Part shown: positions 14,598-24,900 of the stretch, piece by piece
Layout: each line of letters starts with the position of its first letter
Numbering within the stretch: the stretch's first letter is position 1
Assembly (NCBI GenBank): GCA_964388455.1
Contig: CAYMAN010000010.1
Span: 1,459 to 65,458 of the forward strand
Direction of reading: 5' to 3'
Origin: an uncultured Eubacteriales bacterium
GTDB lineage: Bacteria > Actinomycetota > Coriobacteriia > Anaerosomatales > JAAXUF01
Length of the DNA stretch: 64,000 nucleotides
Notes under the pieces: generated by a model
What the model saw: the letters and a program-made list of their open reading frames with translations, nothing else
The model's database searches: none
Told to the model about the DNA's origin: nothing
Program-made: the position numbers and the translations under genes

Positions 14598-15782
14598 TCA
14601 CGCAGGCAGTGAGAAGTAGAACGTGGAACCCTGGCCGAGCGAGGACTCTACCCAGATGCGGCCGTGGTGGCGCTCGACGATGCGCTTGCAGATCGCGAGG
14701 CCCATGCCGCTGCCTTCATACTTATCACGCGGCTGTAGCCGTCGGAATATGACGAAGATGCGCTCGTAGTATTCGTCTTCGATCCCGAGCCCGTTGTCCT
14801 CAATGGAGAAGACCCACTCCTCACCGACAAGCTTCACGCCGAGATGAATTCTCGGCGGCTCATCTCGGCGGAATCTAATGGCGTTGGCGATGAGGTTCTG
14901 GAACACCTGGCCGATCTGCGATGCATCGCAGTTGACGACCGGCAGCTCGTCATCGCACGTCAACACGGCTTGGCTTTCGGCGATAGCGACCTCAAGCCCC
15001 TTGAGTACATCGTCCAGTGTCGACCCAAGGTTTGCCTCGCAAAACTCGCGACCCTGAGAGCCCACGCAGGAGTAGGCCAGCAACGCCTGGATGAGCGCCT
15101 CCATGCGAGTGGCCCCTTCGACCGCATACCCGATGAAGTCGTCGGCCTCAGCGTCAAGCTGACCGCCGTAGCGCTTTTTGAGCAGTTGCGTATAGCTGGT
15201 GACCATGCGAAGCGGCTCGCGCAAGTCATGCGACGCGACGTACGCAAAGCGCTCCAGCTCGATGTTCGAGCGCTCCAGTTCCTCTGACCTGGCTCGAAGC
15301 GCCTGCTCGATCTGCTTGCGCTCGTGCAGCTCCTGTTCGAGCTTGATCGTGCGTTCGGCAACCAGATTCGCCAACTCACTCTTCTCCAGATGAAGCACCC
15401 TGTTCACGGTTTTGATCTTTGCCATTGCACGAATCTGAGCAATCAGTTCGATCTCATCGACGGGCTTGGCGAGAAATCCATCCGCGCCGACCTCTATGGC
15501 CCTTCTTCGGCTTTCGACGTCCGTTCCGAGAGCTGTTACAAAGACCACCGGGATATCCCGAAGCGCCTCGCTTGCTTTGATCTCCTCGCAGACCGCGTAA
15601 CCATCCATTCCCGGCATCAACACGTCGAGAAGGATCACGTCGGGGTCCTCGGCGGCGGCGAGCGCAAGGCCCAACGGGCCGCTCAGCGCGGTGTGTACCT
15701 CGGCCGCGGAGACGTGCTCGGATATGAGCGCGGTCAACGTGGTGAGGTTATCCCTGTGATCGTCGATGGCCAGAATCTTCAT
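14598..15782 (-). CDS. Response-regulator receiver fused to histidine kinase (REC-coiled coil-HisKA-HATPase)
   Basis: MKILAIDDHRDN...DVILLDVLMPGMDGY...LAKP receiver domain, then the H-box FAYVASHDLREPLRMV and the G-box GSGMGLAICKRIVERHHGRIWVES. Trimmed to the ATG at 15782, 1 nt after the upstream stop. Confidence 0.85.
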   Translation of the reverse strand: MKILAIDDHRDNLTTLTALISEHVSAAEVHTALSGPLGLALAAAEDPDVILLDVLMPGMDGYAVCEEIKASEALRDIPVVFVTALGTDVESRRRAIEVGADGFLAKPVDEIELIAQIRAMAKIKTVNRVLHLEKSELANLVAERTIKLEQELHERKQIEQALRARSEELERSNIELERFAYVASHDLREPLRMVTSYTQLLKKRYGGQLDAEADDFIGYAVEGATRMEALIQALLAYSCVGSQGREFCEANLGSTLDDVLKGLEVAIAESQAVLTCDDELPVVNCDASQIGQVFQNLIANAIRFRRDEPPRIHLGVKLVGEEWVFSIEDNGLGIEDEYYERIFVIFRRLQPRDKYEGSGMGLAICKRIVERHHGRIWVESSLGQGSTFYFSLPA

Positions 15783-15783
15783 G

Positions 15784-18756
15784 TCACTCCTTCGTGCCGA
15801 GCACCGCATTCAGCGTCTCGCCGAGAACGTCCGCGTCGATTGGCTTGGAAACGTAGCCGTCAAACCCGTGAGCCATTATCGATTCCCGATCCCCGCTCAT
15901 CGCACTCGCCGTGAGTACGATCACGGGGATGCTGCACAGACTCTGATCCTTGCGCAGCACCTTCAGCGCAGAAATGCCGTCCATCGCCGGCATCACGATA
16001 TCCATGAGGATCACATCCGGCACATGTGATCCTGCCTTCTCCACAGCTTCCCGACCGTCCTCCGCCTCGACGACGTCGTAGTCCGCCTCGAGCACGGCAC
16101 GGGCCGCACGACGGTTGTCTGCGTTGTCGTCGACGACGAGCACCAGAGGTTTTCCTGACCGGCCAGGACGCGGTGCGACATCAGTCCGAGGGGCAGCGAC
16201 GGTGACGGCAGCAGGAGCCACCATTCGCTCGACTGCTCCGAGAAGACCCGCGACGTCGATGTCGCCCTTCTGGATCAGCTGCAGGATGCCGTTCTCCTTG
16301 AGGAAGCCCAACTCGTCCTTGGTGACGTGCTTGGCTGTCAGGATCAGCACCGGCAGGTGGGATGTCCGCTCATGCCTGCGAATCGAGTCCAGGACCTCGA
16401 AGCCGTCGACCTCAGGCATCATCAGATCCAGAATCATCGCATCAGGGACGACCTGTTCGATCTGCTCGAGCGCCTCTCGGCCATCACGCGCCACCTGGAC
16501 GCGGTAGCCGTGGCTGGTCAAGACGTCGGTCATCTGAATGATCGCCGGCTCGCTATCCTCGACGAGCAAGATGCACTCGTTGTGACCATCGCCCGCCGGG
16601 ACGCGTCCAGGCCCGCGGGGAGCGCGCAACTCGTCCTCATCGGCTTCTGTGATCGGCAGGTTCAGCGTCAACGGCAACCGCAGCGTGAACGTCGAGCCCT
16701 CGCCCGGAGTGCTGACCACGGTGATGTCCCCGGAAAGCAGATGCGCGTACTCTCTGGCGATGGCCAGGCCAAGCCCGGTGCCGCCGTACTTGCGAGAGGT
16801 GCTGTCGTCGGCCTGGCGGAACTCGTCGAAGATGTACGGGAGCTGATCGGCTGCGATTCCGATTCCCGTGTCGGTCACCATGATCTGGATCTCATCGTCA
16901 GACTGAAGCGCTGAGACAGTGACCATTCCGTCCTCGGTGAACTTCACTGCGTTGGCGATGAGGTTCTGAAGGATGTGGCGGCACTTCGCGGAGTCGCTGA
17001 CCACGGGCGCTAGGTCGGGGTCTATCTGGTTGACGAGGCCGACGGAGTTCTCATCGGCCTGTGGTGCGACCATCTCGAGGATCTCGACAACCAGCTCTGG
17101 GATCGAGAACCGACCGATGCTGAGCTCCTCTTTGCCTGCCTCGATCCGCGACAGGTCGAGTATGTCGTTGATGAGCGCCAACAGGTTCTTGCCGTTGCGC
17201 TCGATCACCTCAAGGTAGCTGTACTCGTTGGTGGGAATTCTTCCGGCGAGTCGGCGACCCAGCACCCCTGAGAGAGCGATCACCGAGTTCAAAGGTGTGC
17301 GCAGTTCATGACTCATGTTGGACAGGAACGCGCTCTTGAGCCGGTTTGATTCGTCCAGCTGACGTTTCTGCATCTCGAGTTCTGTGTTCTGCTCGGTGAG
17401 CTCGCTCGTCTGCGCCGACAGTTCGCGCTTCTGCGCATCAAGCTCACGATTCTGCAGTTCCAGGCTGTGGGACAACGTCTTGATCCCGCGGACGGCGACG
17501 ACACCGTTCACGCGCGCGATCAGCGCACCCCACACGTCATCGATCATGCGGAGTGTCCCCTCGTCGTAGGCGCGGACGGAGGCCAAGGAGATCACCGCGG
17601 CGACCGACTGGCCGTGCGGAATGGGAATCGTGAGCAATTCGCGCGGTACGAACTCGCCGCTTACCCCCGCGAACGTGAACCGAGTGTCAGCAGGCACATC
17701 CGCGAGATGTTGTATGCGCCGAGTGACCACAGCAGCACCCAGCTCACCGTCATGATCAGTGGCCGAGAACGACGCGCGAGCGCCGGCATCGAGTCCAATC
17801 GATGCGAGCAGCTCAAAGGCCGACCCGGATTCGTTCAACAGGTAGATCGCTCCGACTTGCGATCCCGAGCTCGTCATCAGGGACTGCACGAGCTCTTGGG
17901 CGAACACATGAACGTCGTTCTCGGCGAGCATGGCATCGATGACCTGCGCTGAGCGTTCGGCCCTGACCACTTGTCCCTGAATCGCATCGGCCATGCTGTT
18001 GAACGACGCCGAGAGCATGCCGATCTCGCTGTCCGACACGAAGTCAGCGCGCGTGTCCAGGTCGCCTTCACCAAACCGCCGAGCGGCGACTGTCAGTCCT
18101 TCTAGCGGAGGAACTATTCCCCGCATGACCAGCCAGGATATGCCGAGCGCCAGGAGAAGGGCGGCTCCTGCCCCCAAAAACAGCCGCAGATTGAGCGATG
18201 TGGTGTGGCTCTGCGCATCGGCGAAGAACTTGTCCCCACGCGCGAGCGCGAACTGGTCAACCGTCAGGATCTGGGCCAGCATGTCGTCCGTTTGCGCACG
18301 CTCAACACCCTCGGGACGAAGCCGAGCAGACACCTCTTCGATCTTGCCGCTTCGTGCGAGCCTGAGGGTCTCCGCTTGGCTGGCCTGTGTCTCGATCAAG
18401 GCAGTTGCGATGGCATCAACGTCCTTCTTGGGGCCGAGGTATGCCCCGTAGATCGCGTCGACTTGTTTCTCACTGTCTGCGCCCAACAGCTCGATCTGGC
18501 GGGCGATGGCTTCGACTTCTTGGGGGTTTCGGGATGAAGACAGGCTGGCGATCTGGGCCTGCGCCTTCAGGATGTCGGCGGTCAGCGCACCGATCGCCCT
18601 GCGTACCTTGAGTGGATGATTGTAGAGGCCCTCGGTCTCGTGCCAAATCTGGTTCGATTGGTACCACGAAAACCCGGTGATGAGAACGACGAGCACAGCC
18701 AGCATGCCGAACCCCAGCCGTAGCTGTGTTCCGATTTTGAGATTCCGCAGCTTCAT
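15784..18756 (-). CDS. Hybrid sensor histidine kinase (TM sensor-HAMP-GAF-HisKA-HATPase-REC-REC)
   Basis: N-terminal TM plus a helical sensor region, HAMP-like ARRFGEGDLD, and a GAF-like segment. H-box FLSNMSHELRTPLNSV, G-box GGTGLGLAIAREY, and two receivers (ILLVEDSE...DLMMPEVDG; VLVVDDNADN...DIVMPAMDG). Confidence 0.85.
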   Translation of the reverse strand: MKLRNLKIGTQLRLGFGMLAVLVVLITGFSWYQSNQIWHETEGLYNHPLKVRRAIGALTADILKAQAQIASLSSSRNPQEVEAIARQIELLGADSEKQVDAIYGAYLGPKKDVDAIATALIETQASQAETLRLARSGKIEEVSARLRPEGVERAQTDDMLAQILTVDQFALARGDKFFADAQSHTTSLNLRLFLGAGAALLLALGISWLVMRGIVPPLEGLTVAARRFGEGDLDTRADFVSDSEIGMLSASFNSMADAIQGQVVRAERSAQVIDAMLAENDVHVFAQELVQSLMTSSGSQVGAIYLLNESGSAFELLASIGLDAGARASFSATDHDGELGAAVVTRRIQHLADVPADTRFTFAGVSGEFVPRELLTIPIPHGQSVAAVISLASVRAYDEGTLRMIDDVWGALIARVNGVVAVRGIKTLSHSLELQNRELDAQKRELSAQTSELTEQNTELEMQKRQLDESNRLKSAFLSNMSHELRTPLNSVIALSGVLGRRLAGRIPTNEYSYLEVIERNGKNLLALINDILDLSRIEAGKEELSIGRFSIPELVVEILEMVAPQADENSVGLVNQIDPDLAPVVSDSAKCRHILQNLIANAVKFTEDGMVTVSALQSDDEIQIMVTDTGIGIAADQLPYIFDEFRQADDSTSRKYGGTGLGLAIAREYAHLLSGDITVVSTPGEGSTFTLRLPLTLNLPITEADEDELRAPRGPGRVPAGDGHNECILLVEDSEPAIIQMTDVLTSHGYRVQVARDGREALEQIEQVVPDAMILDLMMPEVDGFEVLDSIRRHERTSHLPVLILTAKHVTKDELGFLKENGILQLIQKGDIDVAGLLGAVERMVAPAAVTVAAPRTDVAPRPGRSGKPLVLVVDDNADNRRAARAVLEADYDVVEAEDGREAVEKAGSHVPDVILMDIVMPAMDGISALKVLRKDQSLCSIPVIVLTASAMSGDRESIMAHGFDGYVSKPIDADVLGETLNAVLGTKE

Positions 18757-19631
18757 CGGTCATCCTTCAAGTCGAGTTTGCGAAAGACCGGGGCCACCGG
18801 AACCACCGATCGAAAACCGCCCATGCACCTCACGGTACTGCGCTCTGCCTCGCCGGTCACCAGATAGGCACCGGGCCGCAGACAACCATGAACCTTCCTC
18901 AGAATCGAGAGTTGTGCCTCGGGCATGTAGTAGATGAGCATGTTGCAGCACAGCACGATGTCGAAGCCGCCAAAGATACTCGCCGGCGGGCACGACGAGT
19001 TGTCGTCGAGCAGGTCGTAGGCAGAGAAATCGACTGCACGTCGCAGCTCGGGCACGACTCGGTAGGAGGACCCCTCGGCCGAGAACCACCGTTTCAGCCG
19101 CCGCAGCCGGACGTTTCCCACCTCAGCCTCGGTGTACAGGCCCTCTCGCGCGGTGGCGAGTGCCGACTCCGACACATCGCTCGCGATGACACGAAACGGA
19201 ATCTCACAGCCGAGTGACTCGGCAAGCTCCAAGAGCTCGATTGCGATGGAGTAGGCTTCCTGACCTGCGGAACATCCCGCCGACCAGATCCGAATCTCCG
19301 ACCCGTCGGTCCCGGCCTTGTGGCGAAGGATCGCGGGTAGGACGGAGTGCCCGAGCAGGGCGAACGTCAGCGGTGCCCTGAAGAATTCGCTGTAACCGAC
19401 CTGTAGTGATCTGACGAGCTCCTCGACCTCAGCACTCCGACTTCCGAGGATGGCGAGATACTCCGCTGAGGTCGCCGAGGAGGTGGCAGCGATACGCGCG
19501 TTCAGCGACTTGGCCAGAAAGGTCGCGTCGAGGGGCGACAAGTCCACCCCGCAGGCCGCGCTGATGCTCGCGGACTGATGAGCCAGCGAGGTGGTCGAGA
19601 ACTGGGCCGCCCCCATCTGCTTCGGTACCAT
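18753..19631 (-). CDS. CheR-type SAM-dependent protein-glutamate methyltransferase-like protein
   Basis: EFFRAPLTF and IRIWSAGCSAGQEAYSIAIEL motifs typical of CheR. Overlaps the downstream kinase start by 4 nt. Confidence 0.75.
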   Translation of the reverse strand: MVPKQMGAAQFSTTSLAHQSASISAACGVDLSPLDATFLAKSLNARIAATSSATSAEYLAILGSRSAEVEELVRSLQVGYSEFFRAPLTFALLGHSVLPAILRHKAGTDGSEIRIWSAGCSAGQEAYSIAIELLELAESLGCEIPFRVIASDVSESALATAREGLYTEAEVGNVRLRRLKRWFSAEGSSYRVVPELRRAVDFSAYDLLDDNSSCPPASIFGGFDIVLCCNMLIYYMPEAQLSILRKVHGCLRPGAYLVTGEAERSTVRCMGGFRSVVPVAPVFRKLDLKDDR

Positions 19632-19722
19632 TCCCAGCTCCCTGCGACACGTCCCGATTCGCGACGACCCCCCTATTGGAATACTACCGCAGCGCCCACG
19701 AGGACGGAATCACCGAATCACG

Positions 19723-21780
19723 TCACACAGGCAGTGAGAAGTAGAACGTGGAACCCTCGCCCGGCTTCGACTCGACCCAAATACGGCCATGATGACGCTG
19801 GACGATGCGCTTGCAGATCGCCAAGCCCATCCCGCTTCCCTCGAAGTCGTCTCGCGACTGAAGCCGCTGGAAGATGACGAATATTCGGTCGAAGTACTCA
19901 GGGTCTATACCGAGGCCGTTATCCTTCAGTGAGAATACGTGCTCCTCGCCCGCTCGCTCGACTCCGAGGTGAATCCTCACAGGATCCTCTCCGCGGAACT
20001 TGATCGCGTTGGCAATGAGATTCTGGATGATCTGGGCGATCTGGGGCGCGTCGCACACGACCGTCGGCATCGTGTCATGTGTCAGCGTGACGTCATTCTC
20101 GGCGATGGCGACTTCCAGTCCCTTGAGGACGCCGTCGAGCACCGGCCCAAGATCGGTTTCCTTGAACGGATTCCCGTGCGAGCCGACGCGGGAGTACGCC
20201 AGGAGGTCGTCGATCAACGCTTCCATGCGCGCAGCACCATCCACCGCGAAGCCGATGAAGTCATCAGCATCCGCATCCAGCTGCCCCGCATACCGCTTCT
20301 TGAGCAGCTGCGTGTAGCTGGTGACCATCCGGAGCGGCTCGCGAAGGTCGTGTGATGCGACGTAGGCGAACCGCTGCAGCTCCATGTTCGAGCGCTCGAG
20401 TTCCTCTGTGCGTTCGCGCAGGGCCCGCTCGGCCCTCTGTCGCTCCGTGACATCGGCGAGAATGCAGTGAGTCTGCTTGAAGGTCCCGTCGGGGTTGTGG
20501 CCGACGCGTCCCTCGAATGCGATTGTGCGTCTGGCACCGTCCTTGCGGAGCATCTCGAACTCGGAATGAATCTTCCCGCGCTCCTTGAAGAGGGGGAACC
20601 GCTCCCGGAACGGCTCCACGAACTCCGGCGCCAGGAACTCCCCAAACCACCTGCCGACGACCTCGCCATACTCGTAGCCCAGGATCGCGAGCCATTCTAA
20701 GTTGACCTCGAGAAAGCGCCCATCCTCATCGAGCGATTGGTACCCAAGTGGTGCGTGCTCGAACAAGACCTCGAACCGCTGCTCGCTCTCCAGCAACGCG
20801 AGCTCAACCTGCTTGCGGTCGGTGATGTCCTGGACGAATCCCGTGATGGCTACCAGCTTTCCGCTCTCGTCGAGCTCGCGTTCCCCTTCTGAATGCAGCC
20901 AGCGAGTCGCTCCGTCCGCTGTGATGATCCGGTAGTCCAGCGAGGTCTGTATCCCGTCAGCCGACAGGGCCATGTCGACTTGGCGGACTCGCTCGCGGTC
21001 GCCGGGGTGAATGGACCTGTTGACGGCGATATCGACGTCGCCGTCCGGTGTGTCCAGCTCCAGGTCGAAGATGCGATACATCTCGTCTGACCACTCGCGC
21101 ACGCCAGACTCGAGCTCGATTCGCCAGCTGCCAAGGCGCGCCAAGGCACCCGTCTTGCGCAGCAACGTCGATTGCATCTCGATGCGGGCAGAGTTGCGCG
21201 CGATCAGCTCGGCATCGCGGCGAAGCGTCTCGTCCGCAGCAACTTGCCGAGATATGTCGACCAAAGTCACACGCAGGAGCGACTTCCCGTGCGGCGTCTT
21301 GGACTTCGCGGCGTCAAGACGAACCCACTGCGGATCACCTTCCGTTCGAGCGAGCCGAAACTCCTTGGGCAATACGAGATCGTCCGCTTGCGCATGCGCC
21401 AGGAACGCCGAGAGTTCGTCATGCTGTTCGATGGAGATGAACTGGCTCAGGCGTCGTCCGGGCAGAGCGCCACGGGGCACCTGAAATATGGCCGCCGCAG
21501 TCAGGTTTGATTCCGAGATGCGCCCGGCATCGTCGACCGAGATGTAACCTACGGGGGCGAGATCGAAGAGTTCGAAGTAGCTCGCCCGTGAGGTCTCGAG
21601 CTCGGCTTGTACCTGGCGCAACTCCTCGTTCTGCATCTCGAGTTCAATCTGGTGCACCCGCAACTCGTACAGAATCTGTGCGACATCCTCAGGTGGGATG
21701 GGCGCCGCGGCACTTTCGCTCACGCTCGCCTTCTCTTCAGCGAGTCGCCTCGCTTCGGCCTTGCGCGTAGTCTCGTCCAT
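19723..21780 (-). CDS. Multi-PAS sensor histidine kinase
   Basis: Several PAS/PAC-like repeats (..ITDRKQ.E..L..), then FAYVASHDLREPLRMVTSYTQLLKKRY and GSGMGLAICKRIVQRHHGRIWVES. Confidence 0.85.
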   Translation of the reverse strand: MDETTRKAEARRLAEEKASVSESAAAPIPPEDVAQILYELRVHQIELEMQNEELRQVQAELETSRASYFELFDLAPVGYISVDDAGRISESNLTAAAIFQVPRGALPGRRLSQFISIEQHDELSAFLAHAQADDLVLPKEFRLARTEGDPQWVRLDAAKSKTPHGKSLLRVTLVDISRQVAADETLRRDAELIARNSARIEMQSTLLRKTGALARLGSWRIELESGVREWSDEMYRIFDLELDTPDGDVDIAVNRSIHPGDRERVRQVDMALSADGIQTSLDYRIITADGATRWLHSEGERELDESGKLVAITGFVQDITDRKQVELALLESEQRFEVLFEHAPLGYQSLDEDGRFLEVNLEWLAILGYEYGEVVGRWFGEFLAPEFVEPFRERFPLFKERGKIHSEFEMLRKDGARRTIAFEGRVGHNPDGTFKQTHCILADVTERQRAERALRERTEELERSNMELQRFAYVASHDLREPLRMVTSYTQLLKKRYAGQLDADADDFIGFAVDGAARMEALIDDLLAYSRVGSHGNPFKETDLGPVLDGVLKGLEVAIAENDVTLTHDTMPTVVCDAPQIAQIIQNLIANAIKFRGEDPVRIHLGVERAGEEHVFSLKDNGLGIDPEYFDRIFVIFQRLQSRDDFEGSGMGLAICKRIVQRHHGRIWVESKPGEGSTFYFSLPV

Positions 21781-21908
21781 CGTCCCCCGACTCCTCGCTC
21801 CGTCGTAGTGATCGCGTAGGAAATGCCGTTCTCGTCGACAAGCGCGGTCGCTGTCAGCGTGACCTCCACATGTCCGCCATTCCGATGAACTCGCTCGACG
21901 CTGGTGAG

Positions 21909-24900
21909 TTAATGCGCCGTTTTTGATGGCGGCACCATGGCCTGAGTCGGCTCGAACGGCAACGAGAAGTAGAACGTCGCCCCCTCGCCGGGCTTCGATT
22001 CCACCCAGATGCGACCTCTGTGACGCTCGACGATTCGCTTGCAGATCGCAAGCCCCATTCCGCTACCAACGTAGTCGTGTCGCGTGTGCAGCCGTTGGAA
22101 GATCACGAAGATGCGATCGAAATACTCGGGCTCAATCCCTATGCCGTTATCACTGACCGAGAACACCCACTCGTCTTCGCCCTGCACGACGCCTATGTGG
22201 ATTCTCGGCGGCGCCTCGCCGTGGAACTTTATCGCGTTTGCGATCAGGTTCTGGAAGACCTGCGCCACCTGCGTACGGTCGCAGATCAGTGTGGGCATCG
22301 GGTCACTCGTGACCTCCGCGCCACTCTCGGCAAGAGCAACCTCAAGACCCCTCAGGGTGAGGGCAAGCGTTTCTTCCAGATCAGCCCGGGCGAAGGCCGC
22401 GCCCTGAGAGCCCACGCGCGAGAACGCAAGCAGGTCCTCGATCAGCGACTCCATGCGCGCCGCACCGTCGACCGCGTACTCGATGAACTCGTCGGCGTCA
22501 GAGTCCAGCTGCCCCGCGTAGCGCTTCTTCAGTAGCTGCGTGTAGCTGGTCACCATGCGGAGCGGTTCGCGCAGATCGTGCGACGCCACGTACGCGAACC
22601 GCTCCAGCTCCGTGTTGGACCTGAGCAACTCTTCCGTACGGGCCTTCAAGACGCGCTCGACGCCCTTGCTGTCGGTGATGTCCTGGATGACGCCGAACAT
22701 CCGCACAACCTGCCCGGATGCGTCGAACTCCAGCATTCCCATACCGTGAACCCAGCGCTCGGCACCGTCGGACAATCGCACAATCCGATACTCGTGATCG
22801 AAGGAGTTGCGGTCGCGCAACACGTGCTCCTGCATGTACACGAGCATCTCAGCACGCTCGTCAGGATGAACGATTCCCACCCATCCCTCGATGTCGCGGA
22901 CATACTCCTCACCGATGCCGAATATCTCGTCGAGCGCCGCCGAGGGAGTCCATATCCCGGTGCGAGCGTCGAGCACGTAATGCCCTAGATGAGCGACGCG
23001 CTGCGATTGGACCAACAGCTGCTCGCTGTCCCGCAGAGCACACTCAGCAGCTTTGCGATCTGTGATGTCTGCGACGACTCCGGTCAGCCGAGCGGGTCTG
23101 CCCTCTGCATCGGTGTCAAGGCTTCCGGCCTCCGCCCACACTGTGCGCACCGATCCGTCAGAACGCACGATGCGATACTCCAAAGGTATGGGATTTCCGT
23201 CGGATGTCACCGATTCGTTCGACGCCTCCACGGCAGCCCTGTCGTCTGGGTGGATGGCGCTCCCGATGACTTCGCTCAGGTCGCCGGTGAACTCGTCCTG
23301 GTCGATGCCAAAGATGCGATACATCTCGTCTGACCACTCGAGCTGGTTCGTGTCGATGTGCCACACCCAGCTGCCCACGTGCGAAACCGCCTGCGCCGCA
23401 CGAAGCCGGGCCTCGCTTTCCCTGATGGTCTCCTCGGCGAGTTTGCGCTCGGTGATGTCTTGCACGAAGCCGACAAAGGCGACAACCTCACCGTGCGCGT
23501 TGACCTCGGGCTCGCCCTCGCCGTGAATCCAGTGAAGGGTCCCGTCCGGGTGAAGTATGCGGTACTCCATCGGCCGAGGAATACGCTCCGCAACCGCCGC
23601 AGCCCGCTCCTGATGCATCCGCTCGCGGTCCTCGGGTATGATCGCCGACTCGATGACCTCTGTGAGATCGCCGCTGAAATCGCTCGCGTCGTGGCCGTAG
23701 AGGCGTAGCGTCGCTACGGGTCCCGTGACCCTGCCGGTAGCCAGATCGAGCCGCCAACTGCCCATCAGGGCGGTCGCCTGAGCCTGCTGCAGCGCGGCCG
23801 CCGTCTGTCTGCTCTGGGTGATGTCGGTGTGACCGCCGATCATCCGCGATGCGGTGCCATCGGCCGAACGCTCGACCACGCGCCCCACCGACAGCACCCA
23901 CACCCAGTGACCACTGGCGTGACGCAGTCGGAACTCGTCGCGATACTCGTCGATCTCACCGCGGATCATGGCATCGATCAGCTCAAAGATCCGAGCGCGG
24001 TCCTCCGGGTGCATGCGCTCGACGAAGCCCGTGAGATCGAACGTGAGCCGTGACGTGTCCTCTCCGAGCATCGTCCAATATTCCGGCGAGACGGTGGCCT
24101 TGCCGGTGATCAGGTTGAGGTCGAAGAGGCCCTCACCGGTGGCCGACAGCGCGAGGCTCAGCCGAGCCGCGTTCTCGCGCAACTCCTCCTCTGCGCGTTT
24201 GCGCTCGGTGATGTCCCAGATGAGGTCGGCGAGACGGGCGACGCTTTCAGTGTCGACGGCGTCATAGTCGGTCTCCTTGTTGCCCACACCGATGATGGCG
24301 ACCACCATGCCGCCCCTGATCACCGGCACCGTGAGCTCCCGCACGAGGCTTGCATGCCCCTCAGGCAATCCCTTCCTGTCCGTGAGCGACGCGTAGTCGT
24401 TGTGGATCACCGGAGTGCGCAAGCGTACACAATCCGCCCACACACCTGCCGAGGCGACCGGGTAGTGCGATCCCTTGCCCTCGGCGTTGCAGAACTCCGC
24501 CTTGGTTCGAGTCGACCAGTTCTGCAGAGTCAGACTGAGCTGATCGGCGTTGACGAAGTGGTAGAAACCTATCTTGCTGCCGGTAAGTAGTTCAGCCTCA
24601 TCGAGCGTCTTCTCGAGCATCTCGTCGAGCGAACAATGATCCGAGAACTCGATGAGCCTAAGACGCGCCTCGGCGCTTGCCGCGCTCCTGGCCAGGTGGT
24701 CTTGAGCCAGTTTCCGGTCGGTGATGTCGCGCGTGATCCCATGCACCTCGACGCGATCCGTATCCGGATCCAGCCTGTAGCTCAGGACCACCTCGGTCCA
24801 GTACAGCGAGCCATCCTTGCGCACTTGCTGGAATTCATTGGTGGAGTAGGTGTCATCGCTGATGACCCCCGCGCGCCTGTCCGCTAGCTGCCGGGACGCA